From positions 1-50,498 of IMG/VR virus record IMGVR_UViG_3300020442_000146: 50,498 nt of DNA; one strand, given 5' to 3'. Under the pieces are notes generated by a model. That model ran no database searches, was not told the DNA's origin, and saw only the letters and a list, made by a program, of their open reading frames with translations. Origin of the DNA: a virus. Lineage: Duplodnaviria > Caudoviricetes. The translations under genes and the position numbers were made by a program. Below, piece by piece: positions 34,762-44,704 of this stretch (its first letter is position 1; each line of letters begins with the position of its first letter).

Positions 34762-35377
34762 GCCACTCGTAAATCTTTTTAGTTTGTTCTATACGATCCT
34801 TTAGACCATGCGTGCCGCCATTTACACGCTTGGTCACAGCTTTAATCGTATCATCATCAATGCCTTTATCACATATAGTAAACAGCTTGTTAGACCTGAA
34901 GAACCACAAAGCCGACTCAAAGGCATACTCAGTTTCAACAAAGCTTGGATGCTGCATAACTTCTGGTAAGCGCATATCACTGCTAAATGATCTATAGTTA
35001 GATCGTCCTGTTAGCTGGATAAAACCTTTTCCTGCAAACTTAAAACCATCGCCAGACGCTTCATCACCATTACCCATACGATCACTATAAACATTGTTTG
35101 CTAGTGCCTCTGGGTTTTTAGTGTATGGCTGTGCAGCTTCTACAGATTTAAATCGGCTAGGCCACACAGCCATCAGTCGTTCAGGGGTGCTATAATACAA
35201 ACCCTCTTTGGTGCGCTTGAAGCCACCACTTTCATGGTGAGCTTGCCCTAGCAAGTGCGCCCCTCTTTTATCTGATAGTTCGTAATGCTTTGCAATAGCT
35301 CTAGCTGTGTTAGGGCCAAATGATCCGTCAGCCGTTACACCACATCGAGCTTGTAATATCTTTAATGCGTCACTCAT
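34748..35377 (-). CDS. Endolysin, GH19 family with N-terminal peptidoglycan-binding motif
   Basis: GVTADGSFGPNT, LGQAHHESGGF, GKGFIQLTGRSNY, TKRVNGGTHGLKDR. Confidence 0.9.
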   Translation of the reverse strand: MSDALKILQARCGVTADGSFGPNTARAIAKHYELSDKRGAHLLGQAHHESGGFKRTKEGLYYSTPERLMAVWPSRFKSVEAAQPYTKNPEALANNVYSDRMGNGDEASGDGFKFAGKGFIQLTGRSNYRSFSSDMRLPEVMQHPSFVETEYAFESALWFFRSNKLFTICDKGIDDDTIKAVTKRVNGGTHGLKDRIEQTKKIYEWLTTA

Positions 35378-35760
35378 TACTTTCTCCTTACAAACTGCTT
35401 ATAGCCCTTCACACCGAAAGATGCTGATATTGCTATACCCAAGCTGTAAAAATACCAGTCTGGCGCTTTGTGAAGCTGCTCAAAACCTCTATCTACAATA
35501 CCCTCTGCCCCTGGTACAAAGGCTAAGATTAATGGAATACTTAGCACAATTACGAAAAATTCGTCCTTCCAAGATGACCCACTATTCTCTGCCATAATGC
35601 GTTCCCAGTCAGCAACGCTTGTCTTTTCTGATAGCAGTATCTTTGCCTTTGCTTCAGCTTCAGTCAGCTTCAGTTTAGCTTCTGCTGCTTGTTTTGTAGT
35701 TTTTGCATCTAGCCAGCTACTTGCTAAACCTGCGACTGGCCCAAGAATTTGCCCTATCAT
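35377..35760 (-). CDS. Holin-like membrane protein
   Basis: SSWKDEFFVIVLSIPLIL plus a second TM segment, directly upstream of the endolysin. Confidence 0.7.
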   Translation of the reverse strand: MIGQILGPVAGLASSWLDAKTTKQAAEAKLKLTEAEAKAKILLSEKTSVADWERIMAENSGSSWKDEFFVIVLSIPLILAFVPGAEGIVDRGFEQLHKAPDWYFYSLGIAISASFGVKGYKQFVRRK

Positions 35761-35876
35761 TTCTTTTTCCCTAAAACTTTTTTAAGCTTCTTTGCTTGGC
35801 TAGCGTGAGCTTTAGACGCTTTATTCAAGCTTTTTATAACCTTTTTAACTGTTCTTGTTTTTGCTTTACCTATCAT
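35757..35876 (-). CDS. Basic micro-protein (39 aa, not in ORF track)
   Basis: MIGKAKTRTVKKVIKSLNKASKAHASQAKKLKKVLGKKK, ATGA-coupled on both sides. Confidence 0.55.
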   Translation of the reverse strand: MIGKAKTRTVKKVIKSLNKASKAHASQAKKLKKVLGKKK

Positions 35877-36178
35877 TGCCCTTTACCCATGTTTGTAAAT
35901 CCATAGTAAGCAGCAACAATAGCTGCAATACTTACATAGTATATGTTGCTCATGCTGCTTAACATTTCTGATGCTCTAGGTAGCTCCATCCACTCTGTAA
36001 AGACTACGCCAAACGGAAACAAAAGCATACCTGTTAAGCTGAACCATGCCATTCTGCGCTGTGCATCCCTCTTCGCATCAGCATCAATCATGATTCTCCG
36101 ACGATCTTCAAGCATGATGGCACGCTCATCTGGATCAATTTTGCCGTTATCATTAAGATCATACTTAGCTTTTGGCAT
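35873..36178 (-). CDS. Membrane protein with EF-hand-like N-terminus
   Basis: DLNDNGKIDPDE followed by two TM helices. Confidence 0.65.
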   Translation of the reverse strand: MPKAKYDLNDNGKIDPDERAIMLEDRRRIMIDADAKRDAQRRMAWFSLTGMLLFPFGVVFTEWMELPRASEMLSSMSNIYYVSIAAIVAAYYGFTNMGKGQ

Positions 36179-36281
36179 TTAAAAAACTCCTTGCAACTTT
36201 TAGGTCACTTGTCTGTATAACAACCTTACCATTTTCTGCATATACGACAAACCTATTTCTCTTAACTTCAACAAGCCTCAC
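36165..36281 (-). CDS. Small hypothetical protein (38 aa, not in ORF track)
   Basis: GTG start overlapping the upstream stop, MRLVEVKRNRFVVYAENGKVVIQTSD... Confidence 0.45.
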   Translation of the reverse strand: MRLVEVKRNRFVVYAENGKVVIQTSDLKVARSFLNAKS

Positions 36282-36733
36282 CTAAACCAATCTCTAATAT
36301 CAATCCACTGCATGTAATGCAAATAAGTAGCAGAGCCTACAGCAGCAAACGTGAGAAGCACAACTATTCCGACTATGGTAATCATCATCTCTTGCCGTTC
36401 TATAGCCTCACGCCTCGCCTGAGCCTCTGCCTCGCGCTTTTCTTGCAAAACTTCCCTGCGTATCTTTAGAAGCTCTAACCATTTTGATCTGCCATAAGTT
36501 TGCGTAATCCATTCCTGAAGTTCACGCTCTGCTTCTGCATTGGCTCTAAGTTTAGCCCACCGATCCATTGCTGTAGCGTTTACGCTTTTTTCGGATACAC
36601 CTTTTTTTTGTAATTGTTTTTTAGCAGCATCAGTTGCGTCAAAGAAGTTGCCAATTTCTTTACTTAGGCCAGCAATGGTTTTGCCTGCCGCCATTCCTGT
36701 TTTGATGCCAGCGAGAATTGTTATTGGGTCCAT
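36278..36733 (-). CDS. Membrane-anchored hypothetical protein
   Basis: MDPITILAG N-terminus, coiled coil, C-terminal TM. Confidence 0.65.
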   Translation of the reverse strand: MDPITILAGIKTGMAAGKTIAGLSKEIGNFFDATDAAKKQLQKKGVSEKSVNATAMDRWAKLRANAEAERELQEWITQTYGRSKWLELLKIRREVLQEKREAEAQARREAIERQEMMITIVGIVVLLTFAAVGSATYLHYMQWIDIRDWFR

Positions 36734-36735
36734 CG

Positions 36736-37137
36736 CTACATTCCATCGTTTTTAGTAAACTGTAAGGTTTTTTCTATCACGGCTATGCGTGATTGTAGCT
36801 TAATGATCTCCATCATATGAGCAGCCATGCCGCCCAAATCTTCGTTGATCATCTCAACATCTTCCCAAAGCTCATCGTCAGCCTCTTCCATATCGTCATA
36901 GAACTCTGCAAGAATGTCTATTATTTCTTGTAAATCCTCTTGGTTTTTCTGCACATCCCTAATTAAATTAGTTCTGTCAGTTGCATTATTCTCAATAGTA
37001 AGAACATTTACCTGCTCTGTTAGGCTTTCAATAACAGAAGCTTGCTGAGAGGCATACCATATGCCACCGCCCACGGTACTGACTATCGCCACTACTGCAC
37101 TTGCAGCAACAGCTATATTTACCTTGGGCAAGTCCAC
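36736..37137 (-). CDS. Membrane-anchored coiled-coil protein, copy B
   Basis: 133 aa with N-terminal TM. Homolog of 1..398. Confidence 0.7.
   Translation of the reverse strand: MDLPKVNIAVAASAVVAIVSTVGGGIWYASQQASVIESLTEQVNVLTIENNATDRTNLIRDVQKNQEDLQEIIDILAEFYDDMEEADDELWEDVEMINEDLGGMAAHMMEIIKLQSRIAVIEKTLQFTKNDGM
36740..36816 (+). repeat. Exact 77-nt repeat of window positions 1-77
   Basis: ATTCCATCG...CTCCATCAT identical. First mismatch is at base 78 (G) versus 36817 (A). Confidence 0.9.
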
Positions 37138-37138
37138 G

Positions 37139-37429
37139 CTAGTAACTACCTTCCCAAACCCTTAGTTTAGCAAACTCATTACTCATAAGTTTTCTTTTTA
37201 GCACTTCTTTAACTGCACCTGTATCTGACCAGCTAACGCCAGCCTCTTTTAGCCACACGCCAAGTAATGCCATATCGACATTACCAACGTGCTTATAATC
37301 AGAACCAAAGCTATTATCAGAATGTTGCCTTGCGTGTTCAACATCCTTCAGCATTTCGTTAGCGTCATGCGTTTTCTTGATGATTAATTTATCATCTTCA
37401 AACTTATATGACTCGCTAATCTTAGCCAT
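37139..37429 (-). CDS. Hypothetical virion-module protein, copy B
   Basis: Likely start MAKISES at 37429. Homolog of 400..702. Confidence 0.7.
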   Translation of the reverse strand: MAKISESYKFEDDKLIIKKTHDANEMLKDVEHARQHSDNSFGSDYKHVGNVDMALLGVWLKEAGVSWSDTGAVKEVLKRKLMSNEFAKLRVWEGSY

Positions 37430-37673
37430 CTTCCCAAGCCTCATTCTCTGGTGTGCTAGGATCATCAGCTTTTAGTGTGCCATCATCGTTTCTAGCACGC
37501 TTCTTTTTTGCTGTTTTCTTTGCAGGCTTTGGGTCTGCTTTTAATATTTCAAAAGCTGTGGGCTTTAACACCATAATCTTTTTTACTTCAGCTTCAGGCA
37601 AATCAACTTCATCACCGCCCTTAACGATACCTTTAGATGTTGAGATGCTTCTATCTTTTACTAATACCTTCAT
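37422..37673 (-). CDS. Small basic protein, copy B
   Basis: Homolog of 695..955. Confidence 0.75.
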   Translation of the reverse strand: MKVLVKDRSISTSKGIVKGGDEVDLPEAEVKKIMVLKPTAFEILKADPKPAKKTAKKKRARNDDGTLKADDPSTPENEAWEDG

Positions 37674-37691
37674 TTCTTTCTCCTTTTAACA

Positions 37692-37713
37692 GTAGGGGCA
37701 AAACTGCCCCTAC
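37692..37713 (-). terminator. Hairpin after capsid gene, copy B
   Basis: GTAGGGGCA-AAAC-TGCCCCTAC. Confidence 0.55.
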
Positions 37714-37724
37714 CTAATATCTTA

Positions 37725-38681
37725 TTATGAAGTTGTGTTATCAGCAATGATGCCGTTTGCAGCTTCATTTTTAGCGCAAAGTGTAAGCTCAGTAACGATT
37801 TGTCTCTGAGTGTTATCACCAGTTTTTGCAAGCTCAGTGTTTTTAGTTGGACGTAGTGTCGCAACTTCCCACTTATCATCTTGCATGATGAAAACGTCAC
37901 GGCTTCTGTTCTCGCGGCTAGGCATGAACTCAATGGTTCCCCACGGAGTTGTGTACACTGCCAAGCTTTTGATAACACGCTCGTCAGATGCTTGCACTTG
38001 TGAACGCTGGTTGTTGTTACCAGTAAAGCCGAGTGCCACGTTCATTTGAAACGCAGACAGATACACAGTGTCAGGCTCCCCACCGTTCTCCCAAATTGAT
38101 TGCATAACTGTGTCAAATTTGGTTTGTGAAAACGCTGTTGGAGTACCATCGTCTGTTCGAGCGTCAGTGCCGTCACCAGTTGGATTTGCACCAGAGTTAC
38201 CTGATTGAAAATCAACATTTGTTTTAATCCAAGACGGTGCGCCTGCCAACTCTCTAGCAGTCGATGCGTTACCAGCCACTTTTGCATTATTGTCAAATAG
38301 CGCTTTCTCTATATCGAGTTTTTGCTCTTTGGCAATTTTTACAATTTGGTAGGCCATCTCACGCTGTCTTCCAGCCTTGTTAAGACCTTCGTCAGTGTCA
38401 GATACGATTACCGCATTTTTGAAGATTTGTGTTCGGTTGTTAAGACGAACAGTTGCAACAGCCGCTTGAGCAGTAGTTGCGTCACCTTCAATATGTGCGT
38501 TTGCAGCACTGTTACGAAGTGTATCAGTCTGCCATTCTACCAATGTATTATTGGCTGTTGTTTTACCACACTTAGAAAAAAATGGTGTGGCCTCTGGAGT
38601 AATATTAGTAATAATATCGCTCAAGTCTTCTCTGATACCTACCTGATCATAGCTATCAAAGGTATTTGCTGGTTGTGCCAT
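37725..38681 (-). CDS. Major capsid protein, copy B
   Basis: 318 aa, colinear diverged homolog of 1006..1962. Confidence 0.9.
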   Translation of the reverse strand: MAQPANTFDSYDQVGIREDLSDIITNITPEATPFFSKCGKTTANNTLVEWQTDTLRNSAANAHIEGDATTAQAAVATVRLNNRTQIFKNAVIVSDTDEGLNKAGRQREMAYQIVKIAKEQKLDIEKALFDNNAKVAGNASTARELAGAPSWIKTNVDFQSGNSGANPTGDGTDARTDDGTPTAFSQTKFDTVMQSIWENGGEPDTVYLSAFQMNVALGFTGNNNQRSQVQASDERVIKSLAVYTTPWGTIEFMPSRENRSRDVFIMQDDKWEVATLRPTKNTELAKTGDNTQRQIVTELTLCAKNEAANGIIADNTTS

Positions 38682-38720
38682 TATCTTGTCCTTTCAACGG
38701 CTTATAGCATTTTGTTAATG

Positions 38721-39698
38721 CTAAGTTTTCATAATTAAGTCGATTGCATCTTCCATTCGACCTGTCTTTTGCAATTTTTGAAATTGCTTACGCTTTAGTG
38801 AGCCTTCTGGATCAGCTACTTTCTTAGCACCAGCTTTTACAACAGGTTTGGCTTTCTTGCTTTTAGCTTCTGCCTTTTTGCGATTTGCAACAATACGTCT
38901 AAACTTCATAGCATCGTTAGCCATTTGGATATAACGTGCATCGGCGGTGGCTGCGATCTCTTCATCACTAAAGCCATATTCTTTGGCGCTATTCATAAGT
39001 GACTGCCAGTGAGCTTGACTCTTTTCTGGATCAGCCAGTTCAGGAATTTTACCTCTGATTATTTCGCCTTGTTCTCTAACAAAAGCTTGGTGCTGCTCAT
39101 CAGCTTGCTGCTGTTGTTGTTGTTGTAGTTGTTGCATTTGCACTTGCTGCTGCTGGTAACTCTGCATATCAGCATCATATTTTGCCCTTTGCTCCATATA
39201 AGCAATGGGGTCACTCTCTGCCAGAGTATGATCTGGTAACTGAGGTTGTGACATAAAACCTTGCTGCTGTGCCTGATTGTACATCTGAGTTATCATTTGC
39301 TCACGTTGAGAGATTTCAGCAGCTTTTTGCTCAACTTGTTTTCGAGCTTCTGCCACTTCTTGAAACCTCTTGTTTATTGCGCTTTGACCTGAATAACTTT
39401 GCTTTAACTGGTCTATTGTTACCGTTTCTTCCTTGCCGTCAGACTTGACAGTGTAATACTCTGGCTCGACAGTTTCTTCTTCAATGTCAGTTGCTTCAAT
39501 ATCAGTATCTAATAATTCTTCATCAGATACCTCTAGCTCATCAAGCTCATCAGTTTCCTCAACTGCTTCCACTTCAACCTCTTCGACCTCTGGAGCTACA
39601 GTTGTTTCTTCCTCAACTTGATTAGTTTCGCCTGTTTGTTCTTGCGCTGGCGCTATGATTTGTTCAATCGCGCTTTCTATACTGTCAGTCGTTTGCAC
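38721..39698 (-). CDS. Scaffolding protein, copy B
   Basis: Homolog of 1993..2973. Confidence 0.85.
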   Translation of the reverse strand: MQTTDSIESAIEQIIAPAQEQTGETNQVEEETTVAPEVEEVEVEAVEETDELDELEVSDEELLDTDIEATDIEEETVEPEYYTVKSDGKEETVTIDQLKQSYSGQSAINKRFQEVAEARKQVEQKAAEISQREQMITQMYNQAQQQGFMSQPQLPDHTLAESDPIAYMEQRAKYDADMQSYQQQQVQMQQLQQQQQQQADEQHQAFVREQGEIIRGKIPELADPEKSQAHWQSLMNSAKEYGFSDEEIAATADARYIQMANDAMKFRRIVANRKKAEAKSKKAKPVVKAGAKKVADPEGSLKRKQFQKLQKTGRMEDAIDLIMKT

Positions 39699-39708
39699 GG
39701 TACTGCTC

Positions 39709-39945
39709 CTATTGTTTACGATCTAATAATGTCTCTGCCGCAATAGCGGCGTCAAGCTGCACTTCGATCTTGTTTAATGCACGCAAAATAGCGTGCGCCT
39801 CTTCACGTTGCTCAACGTCTTGAACACCGCTAGTCGTAAAAAGCCTAATTTGCTCATTACGAACATCCTCAACAAACTGCTTAAAAGCAGTATCGTTTTT
39901 TAACCTTTTGGCATCTTCTGCCTGTATTCTTATTTCTGTTGTCAT
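39709..39945 (-). CDS. Small portal-adjacent protein, copy B
   Basis: Homolog of 2985..3221. Confidence 0.7.
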   Translation of the reverse strand: MTTEIRIQAEDAKRLKNDTAFKQFVEDVRNEQIRLFTTSGVQDVEQREEAHAILRALNKIEVQLDAAIAAETLLDRKQ

Positions 39946-42044
39946 AAGCCTGCTGCTTTAGCGGTCATATCGTTTATTTGCCGCTCTCTTTCTTGCTCTG
40001 CTTTAATTCTAGCTACATCAACCGTTGAGCCATATTGACCTAACGTCCTAGCTGCATCAACATATAAATTTTGTGCCATTTGATCTCTTTTTAGATCATC
40101 CTCCATAGCCATCTCTTCACGCTTTCTAGCATCATCCATCTGCGCTTTTTGCATATCAACTTGCGCTTTAGTTTGAGCCTTCATTGCTTCAGCCTGCACC
40201 ATCATTGACGCTGGGTCTTGCCCCTGACCCTGCTGAGCTAACATAGCTTGTTGCTGTTGCTGCATCTGCAAGAGTTGCATTTCTATCTCTGGTGTAATTG
40301 GTGCAAAGTAACGATCTGCGTTTCTAATACCGCTAGAGGCTAATATATCTGCAAGAGTGTTACGAATGTTTGTAAGAGATACTAAACCATTCATAGGGCC
40401 ATATGTTTGATAAACCATAGTTTGTTGTTGTAGAGCCATAGCTAAAGCATTTGTCTTCTCTTCCTCTCTACCAGTGCCAAGCCCTACATTAATGCTAATA
40501 TCCATATCTATGTCAAAAGCTTTTGGATCAACAGGCTGGAAGCGTCCATTCATACGCATCATAGCTCCGTCTTCCATATTCTTTTGCAGCAATCTTAGCA
40601 TTAAGCCAAACAAGTCTCTTGCACCGTCAGCTAAGTTTCGCACCATCACTTCTACCTGACCTGCTGCGGCCTGCACAGTAGCCTGTACAGCAGCTTTAGT
40701 TGTAGACTGCATAGCATCAGGGTCTAGCCCCATAGAGGCCTTAGTTACGCCTGTCTTGCCTTCTACAAGCTGATCTAGGTACGTTAATGCGCTTAGTGTC
40801 TGTCCAGCAGTAAATGGCACAGCTAAATCTTGCACTGCGCCAGCCTGACGCATACGAACAATAGCACCTATTTCGTTGTTTAGAACATCATCTATATTTA
40901 CTGCACCATCAACTATACCAACTCTAGGATTGTTAGTCATAGCTACGTTATCTAGTATGCCTCTTAAAATAGAGGTTGCTGCGTCCTGATCATCTAAAAC
41001 TAAATCGGCAATACTTCTGCCATAGAATGTGTGGGGTTCAGGGTCTACTTCAAATTTTGCAAAAGGTAATTCGTCTGCTAACTCATAATCTAGCAGCTTG
41101 TACTTCGTTCCACCGCATAGAAACCTATGCAACACAGCAACCCCTGTTCCGTCTATGTCCATCCTCATGTAAGCCTCAGTCACAGTAACTTGCTTCATAG
41201 ATGGATCAGAGCTTGTTTCACTAAAGTTATCTTCATAGCCTTGACGCTCATAACGCTCTGCTTCAGTCATTTCTGAACCTGCATCAAAGCTATCCAACTT
41301 TAAAACATCATCAGGATCATATCCCATAGATATAAGGTCACTAGCTCTCATCTCTGACCTATGAACAACAACATGGGCGTCTTCTAATGTCCTACAGTTT
41401 CTATCTACAAAAAACTCCTCTGGCGGTACGCTTTCTATTTTTAAGCAACCAGCATATGCCTTTCTAGAAACCTTTGCAGAATGAACAGGCGTTTTCATTT
41501 CAGCGCCATCTTCATCTATACTCATCTCCTGCTCGACAGTATGCTCTAAAACAGTTACATCATCGTCCTGCACTAAAAATGTGTACTCATCATCGGATAG
41601 ATTCGTGTAAGTATAAATCTCTGCTTCTGGCATTTCTTCCCAATAAGCTTTGACTATACCCTGTTTTTTAATTAGCGCATCGTGAAATGCATCGTTCAAC
41701 ACCCTATAACCATTGCTACGCTGAAACTCATAATGAACGTAATCAGTCGCCTGCTCTGCCATTGCCACATCTTCAGGGCCATGCGGCATAAACTCAACTG
41801 GTCTTGCAGTGCTTAGAAACACACGCATCAATGAAGGTTTAATAGCGCGAACCGTATCCCTAACTTTAGTAGCAACTACTTTACTGCGCCCATCTTCATA
41901 GCCTATATCTACCTCGCCATCATAATAGCGCTGAGCAACTATTCTATCTTCAGATATTTCACTCTCAACAAAATCTACTGCATCATCTATAGCGTTCTGA
42001 ACAATAGTTTCTATTTCGCGTTCTGTTTTAGCTTTTAGTTCCAT
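39942..42044 (-). CDS. Portal protein, copy B
   Basis: 700 aa homolog of 3218..5317. Confidence 0.9.
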   Translation of the reverse strand: MELKAKTEREIETIVQNAIDDAVDFVESEISEDRIVAQRYYDGEVDIGYEDGRSKVVATKVRDTVRAIKPSLMRVFLSTARPVEFMPHGPEDVAMAEQATDYVHYEFQRSNGYRVLNDAFHDALIKKQGIVKAYWEEMPEAEIYTYTNLSDDEYTFLVQDDDVTVLEHTVEQEMSIDEDGAEMKTPVHSAKVSRKAYAGCLKIESVPPEEFFVDRNCRTLEDAHVVVHRSEMRASDLISMGYDPDDVLKLDSFDAGSEMTEAERYERQGYEDNFSETSSDPSMKQVTVTEAYMRMDIDGTGVAVLHRFLCGGTKYKLLDYELADELPFAKFEVDPEPHTFYGRSIADLVLDDQDAATSILRGILDNVAMTNNPRVGIVDGAVNIDDVLNNEIGAIVRMRQAGAVQDLAVPFTAGQTLSALTYLDQLVEGKTGVTKASMGLDPDAMQSTTKAAVQATVQAAAGQVEVMVRNLADGARDLFGLMLRLLQKNMEDGAMMRMNGRFQPVDPKAFDIDMDISINVGLGTGREEEKTNALAMALQQQTMVYQTYGPMNGLVSLTNIRNTLADILASSGIRNADRYFAPITPEIEMQLLQMQQQQQAMLAQQGQGQDPASMMVQAEAMKAQTKAQVDMQKAQMDDARKREEMAMEDDLKRDQMAQNLYVDAARTLGQYGSTVDVARIKAEQERERQINDMTAKAAGL

Positions 42045-44693
42045 CTATTGCTCCTGTAGTGTTGCCGAAGCTCCAACCAAGTAAGGCGCTATGCTTCTTT
42101 CTATTCTTGCAAAGTTTTTAGGGTTTTTAACATCTAAAAGTAAACTTTTAAATAACTCTTCATCCTCGACCGCACGCATCATTAGTTGTTCAGCTTTATT
42201 TGTTGTTAATCTGCTTAATAAAGCTTTCATTCTTTCTGAAAGAATTTGAGCAGTTTGCAAGCTTCCTCCTGCACTTCCACCACCCATAGCGCCACCTTGT
42301 CGCGCTGCATATATTCTACCGACAATTTCTACAAGTTTGTTTGTTGGGAATGGACTAATTGCGCCTTTTGTAGAACGCCCCACTCTTGCTAAATCTAATT
42401 TTTTTACTTCTTTTGTAATTAAATTTAATCTATTTAGTTCTGCACTTGTATAAACCTGATTAGCTACAGACTTAAATGTTTCATCATTAAGTTGGCTTTC
42501 TAATCTAGTTCCCCTTACTTGTGACGCAGGCAAATCTACATTAGCTGCAACTTGTGGTGTATCTATAGAATTGTTTAAAACTCTTTGAGACAATGCGGAT
42601 TTTATTCCATTTAAAGCCTGACCTGTCGTATCTTTCTTTGCAGTCCTAACTAGGTTAGCCATCTCTATTTGCGGATTTTGAGAATTAAAAATGTTATCTA
42701 AAGCTTGTCTTGTATTTGATTGAGAAAATCTTGCTAAAGTACCAGCTTCTACATTTGCTACCAAGTTTTGCCCTGTTTGAGTAATATCTTCTATTTTTTG
42801 CTTAGTATTTAAAGCGTTCTCTACATCTGTTTTTATAGAAGCAAACTCTGGAGAGTCTAAAACTCTATTATATTTTTGTAAAAAATTATCAGCTTTGCTT
42901 TGATTAAATTTACCATTAGGAAAAACATCTTTATCAAACCTTACTCTTAAAAAGTTTGTTATAGCTCCTATACCTTCATCTCTACCAGCTTCAGAAACTT
43001 CATCGCCAGACAGAGCAGCTTTAAAATCTTTAGTTGATAATAAATTCTCTACATCACTACTTTTAGTTAAGGATTTCTCCAAAGTAAGCTCATCTCTTAC
43101 ATTCGGATCACCTGTTGCTTTTTTAGCAAGCAAACTTCCCACAGTTCCACGAGAAAATTTATCGTGATATATTCTAGTAAAGTCTCTAGCTTCAGCTATT
43201 GCCCTTCCAACATCAGTGGCTAAATCAACATTATTTAAATCTTCTAAAATGTCATTAGCTATTTCATTAGCCAATCTAGCCATATTGCTGTTTGGGGTTG
43301 CGCCAGATGAAGCATCTCTAGACCTTGATCTAAGTTTAGAATATAAATCAAGTAAATCTTTAACTTTTATATCTTTGTTCTTTTTCGCATATTTTTTACG
43401 AAATTGATTAATTTCTGGCGGCATATCTGCTTTAGAAAATTCACCTAAATTTTTCTTTTGAGTAATAACAGCCTGATTAGTTAACGGTGAGCTTATTGTT
43501 TGATTTTTTGGAATACGATTCCACAGTCTATTTCTTTCTACTCTTGCAGCATTTTTAGCTCTTAAAAGCTCTGCGCTTAGTATAACGCTAGACTGCATAT
43601 CATCTGCACCCTCATCTGCTATTTTAGTCGTTGCAGATTGTTGTGCAGCCTTTACATATTGATTAACCCTGTCAGTAAATGCTTTTACTCTTTGCGCCAT
43701 AAAAGCTTGAGTGTCTTGCACATTTCCTTCAGGAGTAAATTCTTTTCTAGCAATTTCATCTGACTCTGCCCTTCTAGCTTCAATTCTTTCTCTTACTAGA
43801 GGGTCTCTTTCCATCGCTTCACGCTCAACCCTTGCAAAATATTCTTCACCTGTTTTTTGCATTGGAGTTAAGTTTAATGGGCTTTCTCCCATTCTGTTCT
43901 CAGCTATGTTTATGGCTGCTTGCCTACCCCCTGCGCCACGCACAAGCTCATCTGAAACAAGTCTTTCTGCACCTGCTTCAGTAAACGGCGCAAGAGCTTT
44001 TTTTGTTCCTTGATACGCATTTGCAATAGGTCTAGCCACATATGCAGCAGGTGGTAAATTTAAAGCAAGATCACCTACTTGCTTTGCCTGATCTACTACA
44101 ATCCTTCCCCCTGCTGGTAATACACCAGTAGCCATACCGCCTGTAAGAGCAGCAATATCTTGAACAGGTTTGCTATAACCTCTGTCAGCAGCCTCACCTT
44201 GAGCAACCCTACCGCCTCCACCAGCTAAAAGCTCTGCTAAAAATCCACTTTTAGTTGCCATCGTGGGATAAATTGTATCAGCAATAGCTCCTGTTATACC
44301 TTGTGCGCCCCTTAAAGCCTTTACACCAGCCGTAAATGGTAAAGCATATGATGCAGCCTCACCTATACCCTTGCCAGTTCTTTCACCAAGATTTTGAGCT
44401 TCGCCTTCTGCGACACTTATATTTGACATATCCATAAGGTTTTTAAGACCAGTTTCAGCCGAACCCGTGTATTGGTCAAATGGATTTATCAAATCCACCA
44501 TGCCACCTATATTCTCTGCAATCTCTTTATTAATTTGCCCCATAATATTACGAAAAGTAGATTTTTTAGGCTCAGCGCTTTCCTGACTATTTGCTAATCT
44601 ATTAGCAATTACAGCTAATTTTGCAGCGTCCTCTTTTCTTCCAGCCGCTTCTGCGTTTCTAAGAGCTTCTAGTGTTTGTTCTAATTGAGACAT
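42045..44693 (-). CDS. Putative large DNA-ejection protein, 882 aa
   Basis: Occupies the slot of the 541-aa gene in copy A. ALRNAEAAGRKEDAAKLA N-terminus. Confidence 0.65.
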   Translation of the reverse strand: MSQLEQTLEALRNAEAAGRKEDAAKLAVIANRLANSQESAEPKKSTFRNIMGQINKEIAENIGGMVDLINPFDQYTGSAETGLKNLMDMSNISVAEGEAQNLGERTGKGIGEAASYALPFTAGVKALRGAQGITGAIADTIYPTMATKSGFLAELLAGGGGRVAQGEAADRGYSKPVQDIAALTGGMATGVLPAGGRIVVDQAKQVGDLALNLPPAAYVARPIANAYQGTKKALAPFTEAGAERLVSDELVRGAGGRQAAINIAENRMGESPLNLTPMQKTGEEYFARVEREAMERDPLVRERIEARRAESDEIARKEFTPEGNVQDTQAFMAQRVKAFTDRVNQYVKAAQQSATTKIADEGADDMQSSVILSAELLRAKNAARVERNRLWNRIPKNQTISSPLTNQAVITQKKNLGEFSKADMPPEINQFRKKYAKKNKDIKVKDLLDLYSKLRSRSRDASSGATPNSNMARLANEIANDILEDLNNVDLATDVGRAIAEARDFTRIYHDKFSRGTVGSLLAKKATGDPNVRDELTLEKSLTKSSDVENLLSTKDFKAALSGDEVSEAGRDEGIGAITNFLRVRFDKDVFPNGKFNQSKADNFLQKYNRVLDSPEFASIKTDVENALNTKQKIEDITQTGQNLVANVEAGTLARFSQSNTRQALDNIFNSQNPQIEMANLVRTAKKDTTGQALNGIKSALSQRVLNNSIDTPQVAANVDLPASQVRGTRLESQLNDETFKSVANQVYTSAELNRLNLITKEVKKLDLARVGRSTKGAISPFPTNKLVEIVGRIYAARQGGAMGGGSAGGSLQTAQILSERMKALLSRLTTNKAEQLMMRAVEDEELFKSLLLDVKNPKNFARIERSIAPYLVGASATLQEQ

Positions 44694-44704
44694 ATTAATA
44701 AACC

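Noticed and set aside
37670-38296. Minus-strand ORFs 37670..37978 and 38042..38296
   Set aside because: Alternative frames within the capsid gene, with no equivalent ORFs listed for copy A.
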